Both the position numbers and the translations under genes were made by a program. Under the pieces are notes generated by a model that ran no database searches, was not told the DNA's origin, and saw only the letters and a program-made list of their open reading frames with translations. A DNA stretch of 64,000 nucleotides from Thermoanaerobaculia bacterium (GTDB taxonomy: Bacteria; Acidobacteriota; Thermoanaerobaculia; UBA5066): positions 3,744,001-3,808,000 of the forward strand of contig CAVRAY010000001.1 in NCBI GenBank assembly GCA_963719225.1. The letters are read 5' to 3'. Below, one piece after another: positions 1-9,792 of the stretch. Numbering within the stretch: position 1 is the stretch's first letter; every line of letters begins with the position of its first letter.

Positions 1-1254
1 TCGCCGGCCGGCATCGCCGCTAAGCTCCCCGGGCCGCTTCCCATGCTGTGCGTGTGGGCGGCAGGCGGGCTCTTCGCGATCTGCGGCGCTCTGACGCTCG
101 CGGAAGTCGCGAGCGCGCTGCCCCAGACGGGCGGTATGTACGTCTTCTGCCGCGACGGCTGGGGCCGCCTCGCGGGCTTCCTCTTCGGATGGGGACAGTT
201 CTCGATGATCCGGGCCGCCTCGCTCGGGGCGATCTCGATCGTGTTCTCGGAGTATTTCTTCCGCGTCGTCGGTATCGATCCCCAGAACCCCGCGAACCTC
301 TGGACCGTGCGGTGGTTCGCGGCGTTCGCGATCGCCCTCACGGCTTTCTTCAACATCCGCGGCGTCTCGCTCGCGGCGATGGTCAGCAACGTGACCGTCC
401 TCGCGAAGTACGGCGGGCTCGTCTTCATCGTCCTCGTCGCGTTCGGCCTCGGTCTTCCGGCGACGGGCGGACGCTTCACGCCGGCGGTACCCGAGGGCAG
501 CTTCACGCTCGCCGCGTTCGGCCTCGCGCTCGTCTCGACGCTGTGGGCCTTCGACGGCTGGGCCGACCTCGCCTACAACGCGGGCGAGGTCAAGGATCCG
601 GCGAAGAACCTCCCGCGCGCGCTGATCGGGGGAACGCTCGCCGTCGTCGCGATCTATCTCCTCGCGAACCTCGCATACCTCGCGGTCCTTCCGATCGACC
701 GGATCCGCGTCTCCAAGCTCGTCGCGGCCGACGTCGCGCAGGCGGTCCTCGGGCCGATCGGTGTCGCGTTCGTGTCCGTCACCGTGATGATCTCCACGTT
801 CGGGACGCTCAACACGGTGCTCTTCACGAGCCCCCGCATCTTCTTCGCGATGGCGAACGACCGCCTCTTCTTCCGGCCCATCGCCTCCGTGCACCCGCGC
901 TGGGGCACGCCGTGGGTGTCGATCTCGATGACGGCCGCGCTCGGCATCGTGTTCGTCCTGTCCCGCACCTTCGAGCAGCTCGCCGACGCGTTCGTGACCG
1001 CGTTCCTGCCCTTCTACGCGCTCGCGGTCGCGTCCGTGTTCCGGCTCAGGCGCGTGCCCGGCTATGCCCCGTCCTTCCGGGCGCCGCTCTTCCCGCTCGT
1101 GCCGGTCCTCTTTCTTTCGTCCGTCCTCTATCTCCTCGCGAACGCGATCATCCAGCCCGAAAGCCGCTGGAGCACCCTCGCCGTCCTCGGCGTCGTGGCG
1201 GCGGGAATCCCCGTCTATTACCTGACAGTGGGACGCACCACCCGCGCGACCTAA
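1..1254 (+). CDS. APC-family amino acid permease (5' truncated by window edge)
   Basis: Frame open from base 1 (SPAGIAAKLPGP...). Motifs AEVASALPQTGGMYVF, WAFDGW, GEVKDPAKNLPRA, PRIFFAMA; many hydrophobic TM segments. Confidence 0.9.
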   Translation, partial: SPAGIAAKLPGPLPMLCVWAAGGLFAICGALTLAEVASALPQTGGMYVFCRDGWGRLAGFLFGWGQFSMIRAASLGAISIVFSEYFFRVVGIDPQNPANLWTVRWFAAFAIALTAFFNIRGVSLAAMVSNVTVLAKYGGLVFIVLVAFGLGLPATGGRFTPAVPEGSFTLAAFGLALVSTLWAFDGWADLAYNAGEVKDPAKNLPRALIGGTLAVVAIYLLANLAYLAVLPIDRIRVSKLVAADVAQAVLGPIGVAFVSVTVMISTFGTLNTVLFTSPRIFFAMANDRLFFRPIASVHPRWGTPWVSISMTAALGIVFVLSRTFEQLADAFVTAFLPFYALAVASVFRLRRVPGYAPSFRAPLFPLVPVLFLSSVLYLLANAIIQPESRWSTLAVLGVVAAGIPVYYLTVGRTTRAT

Positions 1255-1895
1255 CCCGCGAGCCTTTCGCGCACGGCACTCTCGATCTCGTCGCCGTAGT
1301 CGATGAGGCCGTGGTCGCCGCCCTCGACGCGGTGAAAGCGAGAGCCGGGAGCGAGGTGGCCGGAAGCACCCCAGCGCGTCCAGGCCTCCTCGACCTGATC
1401 GAAAGGAACGGAGTCGTCGTGCGTTCCCATCACGACCGAAACGGGGACGGGCGGCGGATTCTCGTCCACGTGAACCTTCGCCATCTCCTCGAAGAAGGCG
1501 CGGTGTATGGGGAGCGGCCGGCCTTCGCCGTGGTGGAGGAGCTCGAGCACGTCGCTTTCCGGCAGCTTCGATTTCCACCGCTCGCCGAAGCCGAGCGCGG
1601 GCGCGAGGAGAACGAGCGGCGGGCCGCCCTTCCCCAGCATGTCGGCGAGGGCGAGCGCGACGAGAGCCCCGAGCGAGCTGCCGACGACATTCCGCGGCTT
1701 CGTCTCCGCGCAGCTCACGAACGCCTCGGCGCACATCTCGGCGAAGGAGAGCTCGCGGAACGAGGGGACGTTCAGGTCGGGAGCGACGACCTTCCAGCCT
1801 TCCCCTGCGAAGCGCTTCTCGAGGATCTCCCTCTTGCGGCCTCTCGGCGAGGACGCGAGGCCGTGGAGGTAGAGAAGCGCCGGCGAAAGGTGCAC
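1251..1895 (-). CDS. YqiA/YcfP-family alpha/beta hydrolase (esterase)
   Basis: LYLHGLASSP, nucleophile elbow GSSLG, GTHDDSV, GGDH. Confidence 0.85.
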   Translation of the reverse strand: MHLSPALLYLHGLASSPRGRKREILEKRFAGEGWKVVAPDLNVPSFRELSFAEMCAEAFVSCAETKPRNVVGSSLGALVALALADMLGKGGPPLVLLAPALGFGERWKSKLPESDVLELLHHGEGRPLPIHRAFFEEMAKVHVDENPPPVPVSVVMGTHDDSVPFDQVEEAWTRWGASGHLAPGSRFHRVEGGDHGLIDYGDEIESAVRERLAG

Positions 1896-1896
1896 G

Positions 1897-2298
1897 TCAC
1901 CCGCGCCGCGACGTGTTGCGTGACTTCAGAGCCGACACGCGGGAGAGGACGTCGAAGTCGCGGTCCCGGTGAAGGACCTCCACGCCGTTGTTCAGCGCGC
2001 AGGCGGCGATGAGACAGTCCACGCCCGACCGCACGGTCAGGCCGGAGCGGCGGGCGGAGCGGTAGAGCCGGATCGCTCCTTCGAAGATCGGGAGCGAAAG
2101 GGGCGCCTCGAGGACGGGGAACGCGAGCATCGCCTCGCGGGCCGCGCGAAACGCCGACTCGTCACGGAACCCCTGGAGCACCTCCTGGATCACGGGAAGG
2201 CAGGTGACGACGTCCTCGAGGTCGACGAACGTCTCCAGGCGCAGCGGCGCTTTCTTCCGGAAGAGCTCGATCCAGACGGACGTGTCAACGAGAACCAC
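1897..2298 (-). CDS. vapC: PIN-domain toxin (VapC)
   Basis: VLVDTSVWI, EVLQG, DCLIAA, LHRDRDF; overlaps the upstream antitoxin. Confidence 0.9.
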   Translation of the reverse strand: MVLVDTSVWIELFRKKAPLRLETFVDLEDVVTCLPVIQEVLQGFRDESAFRAAREAMLAFPVLEAPLSLPIFEGAIRLYRSARRSGLTVRSGVDCLIAACALNNGVEVLHRDRDFDVLSRVSALKSRNTSRRG

Positions 2299-2524
2299 GA
2301 GGGATCCGTCGGGGAATCCTTCGGCGTGACGTGTCTCCCCGCATTTCGCTCAAAGTCCCTTCCCAGAGACCCGATCCGGCGAGGTCGAGGATCCGGCCTG
2401 CTTTGATACGCCTCACGAGATCCTCGAGCGCCCGCCCCACGGTCCGCGAGTAGGTCCGCTCCCCCGCGAGGCGGGTTGCCTCCTCGAGGAGATGCTCATC
2501 AAGCACAAGATTCGTGCGTTTCAT
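2285..2524 (-). CDS. vapB: VapB-type antitoxin
   Basis: MKRTNLVLDEHLLEEA...LWEGTLSEMRGD; directly upstream of the PIN gene; TACGCT 6 nt before the ATG. Confidence 0.85.
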   Translation of the reverse strand: MKRTNLVLDEHLLEEATRLAGERTYSRTVGRALEDLVRRIKAGRILDLAGSGLWEGTLSEMRGDTSRRRIPRRIPRGSR

Positions 2525-2678
2525 GCGTCCAGCGTAGCACGTCATGCCCGGCCGAGGGGACCTCCCTCCTCCAAGGAATTGGATGCCCGCTGATCACTCG
2601 ATCGCGAGCGCCCTTTCGTGATAAAAACTGCGACCAGTTCGCACCGCATTTCGACTCGGAGGAGGAGGAGGTCCAGGC

Positions 2679-5447
2679 ATGAGGTTCATCTTTCGTTTCG
2701 TTCTTTCGCTTGTGCTCGTCGTCACGGCCACAACAGTGTGGGCGGGCGAGACAGGATCGATCTCGGGCGTCGTGCGAGACGGCAACGGCCTTGCAGTTCC
2801 CGGCGCAACGGTGAAGGTCTTCGGACCTCAAATGCCCGCGGGTTACACGACCGTCAGCCGGGCCAACGGGAGTTACGCCTTTCCGAAACTGCTTCCGGGC
2901 TCCTACACGGTCGAGGCTCAGCTCCAGGGGCTCGGAAAGGCCGCGAAGAAGACGAATGTCTCGGCCGACACCGATTATCAGATCGAGCTCGTCCTCGTCC
3001 AGACGGCTGCCGCCCAGGTAACCGTCACGGCCGTCAATGCCGAGGTCGATAAGAAGTCGACCGAGGTCAATTCGAACTTCGTAGCGGCCGAGATCCGCCA
3101 GCTCCCGATCGCCCGCAACTACTCGGGGCTCATCAGCCTCATCCCCGGCGCCTCGGCGGATACCGGGACCGGCGCGGTCGCCGTCGGCGGCGGAACCCGT
3201 GAAGAGAACAAGTACCTGATCGACGGCGTCAACATTACGAACCCGGGATACGGATACATCGGCATCGACACGAACGAGCTCGACATCGTCGACGTCAACA
3301 TCAAGCGCGCGTCCATCACCGCCGAGTTCGGCCGCACGTCGGGCGTCATCGTGAACGCCGTGACGAAATCCGGGACGAACGAGATCAGAGGAACCGTTCG
3401 TGGCTCCATCGACCCGAAGTCTCTCGCCGCCCAGAACAACCAGGGGGTCGTCCTGCGGGATACCGACACCTGGAACGGCGCCGCCGGCGTCGGCTTTCCG
3501 ATCATGAAGGACACGCTCTTCGGCTACGCCTCGGGCCGGTATGTCAAGACGACGACGAGCGGCGCCTCGGCAACGCTGAACGGCGTCACGACGACGCAGC
3601 CCGACGGCACGGCGACGGCTTGGGACTACTTCGGAAAGCTCACGGGCCTCGTCGGCCAGACCCTCCAATTGAACGCGGGTTTCCGAGGCCTGCCGAACAA
3701 GTCGGACAACCAATTCGACCGCGTCTACGACCTCCCCTCCGCCGCGAACGGGAACGACGTCGCGAATTACGTCTGGAACGCGAGCGTCGACTACATTGCC
3801 TCGAAGGACACCGTCCTCGAAGCCAAGTACGTGCACGCGACCGAGAACGACGCGTACGGGGCGCAGACGATCCTCAACGACAGGCCGCTCACGATCGACC
3901 CGAACAACCTCGGGAAGTACGGCGCTTTCTTCGACCCGGCCCGGAACGGCGGCAACGTCGGCGTTTATCCGTACCAGCTGAGCGGCGAGACGTACAAGCG
4001 AGACGAGGTGAAGCTCACGGCAAGCCACTTCCTCGACATCGGCAACACACAGAACCAGATCAAGATCGGCGGCGCCGCCGAGTTCATCGATTTCACGTTC
4101 CAACGGCCATCAAATGGATGGGGAACGCTGATTTACTCGTCGGCGACGGAAGTCCGGGCCCGGTACTACGTGGGCACCCCCAAGCAGCTGGGTGCGGCGC
4201 GGACCTATTCCCTTTTTCTTCAGGACAACCTGACCGCGGGCCAGCTTTCCGTCACTGCCGGCGTCCTCCTCAACAGGGAGGACTTCTCCCAGACCTGCGC
4301 CGCGGGCACCACATGCTCGAGCACCACACCTAGCACCTCGGACGTCCGATACAATTTTATGAGTTTCGGCTGGACCGACGAGGTGCAGCCGCGCATCGGC
4401 CTCGCGTACAACGCGAACCTCATGAACGGAGACAAGTTCTACGGGAGCTGGGGGATCTACCAGGGCATTGACGCGAAGTCGGCCATTCGCTCGCAGGCGC
4501 CTTTCCGGGTCCGTGAAGATCAGTCCTTCTTCAGCCGAACGACGGGCGCGTTTCTCCGCCAGCAGATTCGCGGCTCCAGCGGGGGCCACTTCATCCCGGC
4601 GGGCCTGACGGCGCCGTCCTATCAGGAGTGGGTTTTCGGCTACGCGGCGCCGGTTAGCCGGGAGTTCACCGTGGACGTCTTCTACCAGTACAAGGCGCTC
4701 AAGCACCCACTCGAGGACACGCCGCGTGGTGCGAACCTCTACGATGCGAACGTCTACTTCGGCAGCTTCCAGCTCAACAATTTCAACAACGCGAGGCGCA
4801 TCTACAGCGGGGCCACGATCGACATCACGAAGCGCTACTCGCACGGCTGGTACCTGAACGCGAACTACACGTACAGCCACCTCTATGGCAACTTCGACGA
4901 CGACTTTTCCCTGAGCCAGTACAACAACTCGTCCGCCGTCGAGGACGAGCCGGGCCTCTACACGGACGACCCCGCCTCCCTGAGGACCGGCTCCCTCCTG
5001 CAGGACCGGACGCACATGTTCAAGCTGCTGGCGAGCTACGACCTTCCGCTGGGATTCTCGATCGGCGGCTTCTTGCGGATCCAGAGCGGCACGCCCTGGC
5101 AGGCTCAGGGTTACACGCCGAGCCAGTACGAGTCGGGGCGGTATCTCGAACCGGCCGGGTCCCGCCGCCTCCCGACCTGGACGAACTTCGACCTCCTCGG
5201 CGCCTACACGTTCGCGTTCGGCGGCGGCTATTCGGTGAGGCTCGAAGGACGTGTCCAAAACCTCTTCAATACGCAAACCGTCTTGAATGTGAACCGGCTC
5301 CAGTACACCGACCCGTACGTGGACGGCACGTCCACCTCAACATCGATCAGCCCCCAGGGGACCAGCCAGCCGAACCCCCTGTTCGGCACGCCCACCTCAT
5401 GGGCCTCGCCGCGGCGGTTCGTGCTGACCGCGTACGTCAACTTCTAA
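2679..5447 (+). CDS. TonB-dependent outer-membrane receptor, Oar-like, with N-terminal carboxypeptidase-regulatory-like domain
   Basis: Signal peptide, TGSISGVVRD..PGATV, plug motifs ENKYLIDGVNIT and AEFGRTSGVIVNAVTKSGTN, QNLFN, C-terminal Phe; GGAGG SD upstream. Confidence 0.9.
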   Translation: MRFIFRFVLSLVLVVTATTVWAGETGSISGVVRDGNGLAVPGATVKVFGPQMPAGYTTVSRANGSYAFPKLLPGSYTVEAQLQGLGKAAKKTNVSADTDYQIELVLVQTAAAQVTVTAVNAEVDKKSTEVNSNFVAAEIRQLPIARNYSGLISLIPGASADTGTGAVAVGGGTREENKYLIDGVNITNPGYGYIGIDTNELDIVDVNIKRASITAEFGRTSGVIVNAVTKSGTNEIRGTVRGSIDPKSLAAQNNQGVVLRDTDTWNGAAGVGFPIMKDTLFGYASGRYVKTTTSGASATLNGVTTTQPDGTATAWDYFGKLTGLVGQTLQLNAGFRGLPNKSDNQFDRVYDLPSAANGNDVANYVWNASVDYIASKDTVLEAKYVHATENDAYGAQTILNDRPLTIDPNNLGKYGAFFDPARNGGNVGVYPYQLSGETYKRDEVKLTASHFLDIGNTQNQIKIGGAAEFIDFTFQRPSNGWGTLIYSSATEVRARYYVGTPKQLGAARTYSLFLQDNLTAGQLSVTAGVLLNREDFSQTCAAGTTCSSTTPSTSDVRYNFMSFGWTDEVQPRIGLAYNANLMNGDKFYGSWGIYQGIDAKSAIRSQAPFRVREDQSFFSRTTGAFLRQQIRGSSGGHFIPAGLTAPSYQEWVFGYAAPVSREFTVDVFYQYKALKHPLEDTPRGANLYDANVYFGSFQLNNFNNARRIYSGATIDITKRYSHGWYLNANYTYSHLYGNFDDDFSLSQYNNSSAVEDEPGLYTDDPASLRTGSLLQDRTHMFKLLASYDLPLGFSIGGFLRIQSGTPWQAQGYTPSQYESGRYLEPAGSRRLPTWTNFDLLGAYTFAFGGGYSVRLEGRVQNLFNTQTVLNVNRLQYTDPYVDGTSTSTSISPQGTSQPNPLFGTPTSWASPRRFVLTAYVNF

Positions 5448-5471
5448 GCTTCACGCCTTTTCGGATCGTGC

Positions 5472-5497
5472 GGCCCGGTGGAAACGCCGGGCCTTTT
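5472..5497 (+). terminator. Rho-independent terminator
   Basis: Stem GGCCCGGTG / CGCCGGGCC (one G-U pair), GAAA loop, then TTTT; lies between convergent genes. Confidence 0.75.
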
Positions 5498-7431
5498 CAT
5501 TTCAGGGCGCGGAGCAGCGCCTCGGCCTTGTCGTAGCCCGGTCTCAGCGCGAGCGCGCGCTCGGCGAGCATTCGCGCGCGGGCGCGATCGCCTTTTTCCG
5601 CGAGAGCCGCGGCGAGATTCAAGAGCATCCCGGGATCCTCCGGCGACAGCGCGACGGCGGCCTCGAGATCGGGCAACGCGCCGAGCGCGTCGTTCGCGAG
5701 GACTCGGTCCACGCCGCGGCTCTCGTGCGCCGCCGCGAGGGCACGCTCCGTTTCCGGAGGATGCGGCGTCGTCGCATGCGCCTTCTCGAGTGCGGTGATC
5801 GCGTCGTCCATTCGCCCCGCGGCAGCCCACGCCCGCCCGACCCGCAGCCACATCAGCCCCGGATCGGGATGCCGCGATGCCGCAGCCTCGGCCGTGCGCG
5901 CGGCTTCGGCCGCATCGCCCTTCTCGATGAGATACAGGGCCCAGTGCATGTCCTCGTCGGCGCTGCCGTCGTAGAGGCCCGTGGGCAGGATTGAAAGTGC
6001 GGCGAGAGGGAGCGCGACCGCTGCCGCCGCGAACAGGCGCCAAACCTCGCGCTCCCGAAAGGCGTCCCACGCCGCGACGACCCCCGCTCCGCCGAGAACC
6101 GCGAGCGCCACGAGGAGCGGGAGCCGATACCGCGTCGCGACGAAGAAAGCCGCCACGGAAAGAACGTAGGCCGGTACGAAGGAAGCCCAGACGAGAAGCG
6201 CGCGACGGGCCGCGCCTGCCGACGCGAGCAGCGCGAGAACGAAACCCGTGCCCGCGAGCGGCACGAGGAGGCCGGGCCCCACGAAGAGCAGCTTCAAGGC
6301 GCCGCTCCGTTCGCGGTACCACGGGAAGCTGAAGTTGAGAGGCGCCTCGTCGCGCGAGAGCAGAAGACGAATTTTTCTTAGAAAGAGGGAACCGGCGGCG
6401 GTGGGATTCTCGACCATCCACCGGAACGCCTCGTTCGCGAAATGAGCCGAGACCTCGCGCGTCGAAAGCGCGCGGCCCTCGGCCGCCTCGGCGACGCGCC
6501 TGGCATCCCGGGCCTGTCCGCCGATGTCGGGCGTGATCCCCGGGAGCGCGCGATAGACGCCGTTCGCGCCCGGTCCGTTCCCGATCAGGAAGTTCAACCC
6601 GCCGTGCGAGGAGATGAGAACCGGCTCGCCCGAGACGATCCGATTGCGCGCGAGGGAAATCGCGACGAGGAGTCCCGTTCCCGCGAGAAATGCTGCTGCG
6701 AATCGAAAGGTTCGAAGAGAGGTTTCTTCGAGTGGAAGAGAGGAAGAGGACCGCGTCTCGGGCCGGCGCCGCGCGACGAGGGAAGCGACGATAAGCGTGC
6801 CGGCGATGACGGGGACGCACAGAAGAGCGTTGGGCCGGTTCAGCGAAAGCAGCCCGAAGGCGGCACCGGCGGCCAGCCAGCGTCCAACGCCCGCCGCTCT
6901 CCGACGCGCGCCGCCGACCCCCGCTGCCTCCTTCTCATTCACCTTCAAAGAAATACGACCTTGGGTGAGCGCATCTGCAAGCAGGAAAAGGCCCAGAGCC
7001 GTCAGAAAGGGATCCAAAGCAGCTTGAAGAATCAAGACCTCGTGGAACGTCACGACGCCCGTCAGTGCGTAGAGGATGCCGGCCGCGAGCGCCGCGCGTT
7101 CGCCAAAGAGTCGCCTCGCAGTGAGGAAGACGAGCGCGACCGCGGCCGTGCCGAGCGCGATCTGGACGAGCTTGGCCGCGAGGAAGGAACCGGCCGAAAA
7201 AGCGTGGATCGCCGCGAGGAAGTAGATGTAAAGAGGCGAGACGAAGAACGGGACGGAGCCCGGGCCGCGCAGCAGAAGATCGCCGCCCGCGACGTCCGCC
7301 GCGAGACGCGCGTAGACGCCGCTGTCGATGTCACCCGCGGGCTGGAGGAGCGGGTGGGCGTCGAAGCGCGCGAGGACGGCGACCTTCAGAGCGAGAGCGG
7401 CGAGAAGGAGCAGGAAGAGCGGCCGTCGCAC
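5497..7431 (-). CDS. GT-C/ArnT-like membrane glycosyltransferase with C-terminal TPR repeats
   Basis: DSGVY...SPLYIYFLA, LSLNRPNALL, RNRIVSGE..SSHGGLNFLIGN, FFVATRYRLP, TPR-like helices at the C-terminus. Confidence 0.75.
   Translation of the reverse strand: MRRPLFLLLLAALALKVAVLARFDAHPLLQPAGDIDSGVYARLAADVAGGDLLLRGPGSVPFFVSPLYIYFLAAIHAFSAGSFLAAKLVQIALGTAAVALVFLTARRLFGERAALAAGILYALTGVVTFHEVLILQAALDPFLTALGLFLLADALTQGRISLKVNEKEAAGVGGARRRAAGVGRWLAAGAAFGLLSLNRPNALLCVPVIAGTLIVASLVARRRPETRSSSSLPLEETSLRTFRFAAAFLAGTGLLVAISLARNRIVSGEPVLISSHGGLNFLIGNGPGANGVYRALPGITPDIGGQARDARRVAEAAEGRALSTREVSAHFANEAFRWMVENPTAAGSLFLRKIRLLLSRDEAPLNFSFPWYRERSGALKLLFVGPGLLVPLAGTGFVLALLASAGAARRALLVWASFVPAYVLSVAAFFVATRYRLPLLVALAVLGGAGVVAAWDAFREREVWRLFAAAAVALPLAALSILPTGLYDGSADEDMHWALYLIEKGDAAEAARTAEAAASRHPDPGLMWLRVGRAWAAAGRMDDAITALEKAHATTPHPPETERALAAAHESRGVDRVLANDALGALPDLEAAVALSPEDPGMLLNLAAALAEKGDRARARMLAERALALRPGYDKAEALLRALK
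6363..6955. repeat. Dispersed TTCTTnGAA motif: copies at ~6363-6391 (+), ~6714-6749 (+, degenerate) and ~6931-6955 (-)
   Basis: GAAGACGAATTTTTCTTAGAAAGAGGG; GAGAGGTTTCTTCGAGTGGAAGAG; reverse complement TATTTCTTTGAAGGTGAATGAGAAG. Confidence 0.65.
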
Positions 7432-7467
7432 GCGACGGAGGTTAGCGCGGGACTGACGCGCCGTGCG

Positions 7468-8784
7468 CTACCCCGGGAAGACGTACTTCCGGGCTTTCGC
7501 GGCCGCGAGCAGGTCGGGGCGGAAATCGGGATGCGCGATGTCGATGAGCGCCATCGACCTTTGCCGAATGTTCTTGCCCCACAGGTCCGCGACGCCGTAC
7601 TCCGTGACGACGTAGTGAATGTCTCCGCGGCTCGTCACGATGCCTGCGCCCTCCTCGAGGGCTGGGACGATCCGGCTGATCTGGCCGTTCTTCGCGGTCG
7701 AGGGGAGCGCGATGATGGGTTTGCCGCCCTTGCTGCGCGCGGCGCCGCGGATGAAGTCCACCTGACCGCCGATGCCCGAGAAGAAGCGCCCTCCGATCGT
7801 GTCGGCCGCGACCTGGCCGGTCAGGTCCACGGCGAGGGCCGAGTTCAGCGCGACCATCTGGTCGTTTCGCGCGATCTGGAACGTGTCGTTCGTGAAGCTC
7901 GAGGGGCGCATCTCGACGGAGGCGTTGTCGTCCACCCAGTCGTAGAGCGCGCGCGTCCCCATGACGAACGACGTGACGATCTTCCCGGGGAGGAGGGTCT
8001 TCTTGCGGCCGGTGATGACGCCCGCTTTCGCGAGCGCCATGACGCCGTCGGACAGCATTTCCGTGTGGATGCCGAGGTCGCTGCGCTCCCAGAGCCCGCT
8101 CATGACCGCGTCCGGGATGCGCCCGATGCCCATCTGGAGCGTCGCTCCGTTCGGCACGAGCCCCGCCGCGTGGTGCCCGATCTGCCGGCAGACCTCGTCG
8201 AGAGGCTCGACCGTCAGCTCGGGCAGCGGATCGTCGACGGGAATGAGGTGCGCGATGCGGTCCACGTGAAGGAAGGAGTCGCCGAGCGTCCGGGGCATCT
8301 GGGGATTCACCTCGGCGAGGACGAGGTCGGCGGAGTCGACGGCGCTTCGGACGATGTCCACCGAGACGCCGAGGCTCACGAAGCCGTGCTGGTCCGGGAG
8401 GCTGACCTGAATGAGCGCCGCGTGGACCCCGATCCGCCCGCTCGTGATCAGGAGCGGGATCTCCGACAGGAAGACCGGGAGGAAGTCGGCCCGTCCCTCC
8501 TGGACGGCCTGCCGTACGTTCGAGCCGATGAAGAACGCCATGTGCCGGAAGCGGTCTTCGAGTCCGGGGGCGACGTAAGGCGCCGCCCCGAGCGTCATGA
8601 GGTGAACGATCTCGTTGCCTCTCAGCTGCGTGGCGTGCGTGACGAGTGCCTCGACGAGGCGCCCCGGCTCGCCGGCGCCGGAGCTGATGAGGATGCGGCG
8701 GCCGGGAAGGATGGCGCGCACGGCATCTTCGGCCGTGGCGATCTTGCGGGAGTAACGGCTTTTCCAGTCCTGATCGAACGTCAT
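7468..8784 (-). CDS. Acetyl-CoA hydrolase / 4-hydroxybutyrate CoA-transferase family
   Basis: LQMGIGRIP, LGIHTEMLSDG, SGIGGQVDFIRGA, VVTEYGVADL, IAHPDFR. Confidence 0.92.
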   Translation of the reverse strand: MTFDQDWKSRYSRKIATAEDAVRAILPGRRILISSGAGEPGRLVEALVTHATQLRGNEIVHLMTLGAAPYVAPGLEDRFRHMAFFIGSNVRQAVQEGRADFLPVFLSEIPLLITSGRIGVHAALIQVSLPDQHGFVSLGVSVDIVRSAVDSADLVLAEVNPQMPRTLGDSFLHVDRIAHLIPVDDPLPELTVEPLDEVCRQIGHHAAGLVPNGATLQMGIGRIPDAVMSGLWERSDLGIHTEMLSDGVMALAKAGVITGRKKTLLPGKIVTSFVMGTRALYDWVDDNASVEMRPSSFTNDTFQIARNDQMVALNSALAVDLTGQVAADTIGGRFFSGIGGQVDFIRGAARSKGGKPIIALPSTAKNGQISRIVPALEEGAGIVTSRGDIHYVVTEYGVADLWGKNIRQRSMALIDIAHPDFRPDLLAAAKARKYVFPG

Positions 8785-8859
8785 GGGGAAAATTTAGCCC
8801 CCTTCGGCACGGATCGGAACTGATGCGGGTGAATCTGGCGGGCTTGTTAAGCTGACTCC

Positions 8860-9792
8860 ATGGAGCCGTTCTTCATTGGAATCGACGGCGGCGGAACCCG
8901 TACGCGCGCCGTCGTGGCAGGAGCCGACCTCGTGCCGCTCGGCCGGGGAGCCGCGGGCCCGGCGAACGCCGCGACGCGGCCTCTTCCGCGCGTCCTCGAG
9001 ACGGTTCGGGAAGCGGCGTCGGACGCGCTCGCCGCGGCGGGCGCCGGCGACCGCGAAGCGACCCGGGTCGCGATCGGGCTCGCCGGCATCGATTCCATTC
9101 ACGACCGCCGCTCGCTTCTCACCGCCCTGGAGGGCGCTTTCGGAAGGGGGCGCGTCCTCCTGACGAGCGACGCGCGCGTCGCGCTGGCCGGAGCGTCGCG
9201 CGAAGCGCTCGACGCTCCGGCCGTCGTCCTCATCGCCGGAACGGGCGCCATCGCGTTCGGCCAGGGAAGGAACGGCGCCATCGCGCGGGCGGGTGGCTAT
9301 GGTCCCGTGATCGGCGACGAAGGCTCGGGCTACGCGATCGCGCGGAGAGGCCTGAGCGCGGTCGTGCGCGAGATCGACGGCCGCGGGCCGAAGACGGCGA
9401 TCAAGGCGCGTCTCTTCGCGACCGAGGACGTCCGCTCGGTCACGGATCTCCTCGAGCACGTGTACCACTCGGAGAGCGGCGCGGCCGACGTCGCCGCGTA
9501 TTACCCGCTCGTGCTGGCCGCGGCGAAGGACGGCGACGCCGAAGCGCGGCGAATCCTCGAAGACGCCGCCCGCGAACTGGCCCTCGACGTCGTGACGGTC
9601 GTGCGCAAGCTCGGCCTCGAGTCGGAGACGTTTCCCGTCGCGACGATCGGCGGGGTCCTTTCCCAAGGCTCTCCGCTCCTCGAACCGCTTCGCGCCGCGA
9701 TCGCGGCCGTGGCGAAAGGCGCGACCGTCGGACCGCCCGCTTTTCCGCCGGAGCTCGGCGCGATCCGCCTCGCGCTCTCCGGACAGACATGA
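8860..9792 (+). CDS. BadF/BcrAD-family N-acetylglucosamine/N-acetylmuramic acid kinase (MurK-like)
   Basis: IGIDGGGT, LIAGTGAIA, GGYGPVIGDEGSG; translationally coupled to murQ. Confidence 0.85.
   Translation: MEPFFIGIDGGGTRTRAVVAGADLVPLGRGAAGPANAATRPLPRVLETVREAASDALAAAGAGDREATRVAIGLAGIDSIHDRRSLLTALEGAFGRGRVLLTSDARVALAGASREALDAPAVVLIAGTGAIAFGQGRNGAIARAGGYGPVIGDEGSGYAIARRGLSAVVREIDGRGPKTAIKARLFATEDVRSVTDLLEHVYHSESGAADVAAYYPLVLAAAKDGDAEARRILEDAARELALDVVTVVRKLGLESETFPVATIGGVLSQGSPLLEPLRAAIAAVAKGATVGPPAFPPELGAIRLALSGQT

Noticed and set aside
2545-2678. Possible riboswitch upstream of the TonB receptor
   Set aside because: No cobalamin or TPP riboswitch consensus recognised; the region is short and explained by divergent promoters and an SD.
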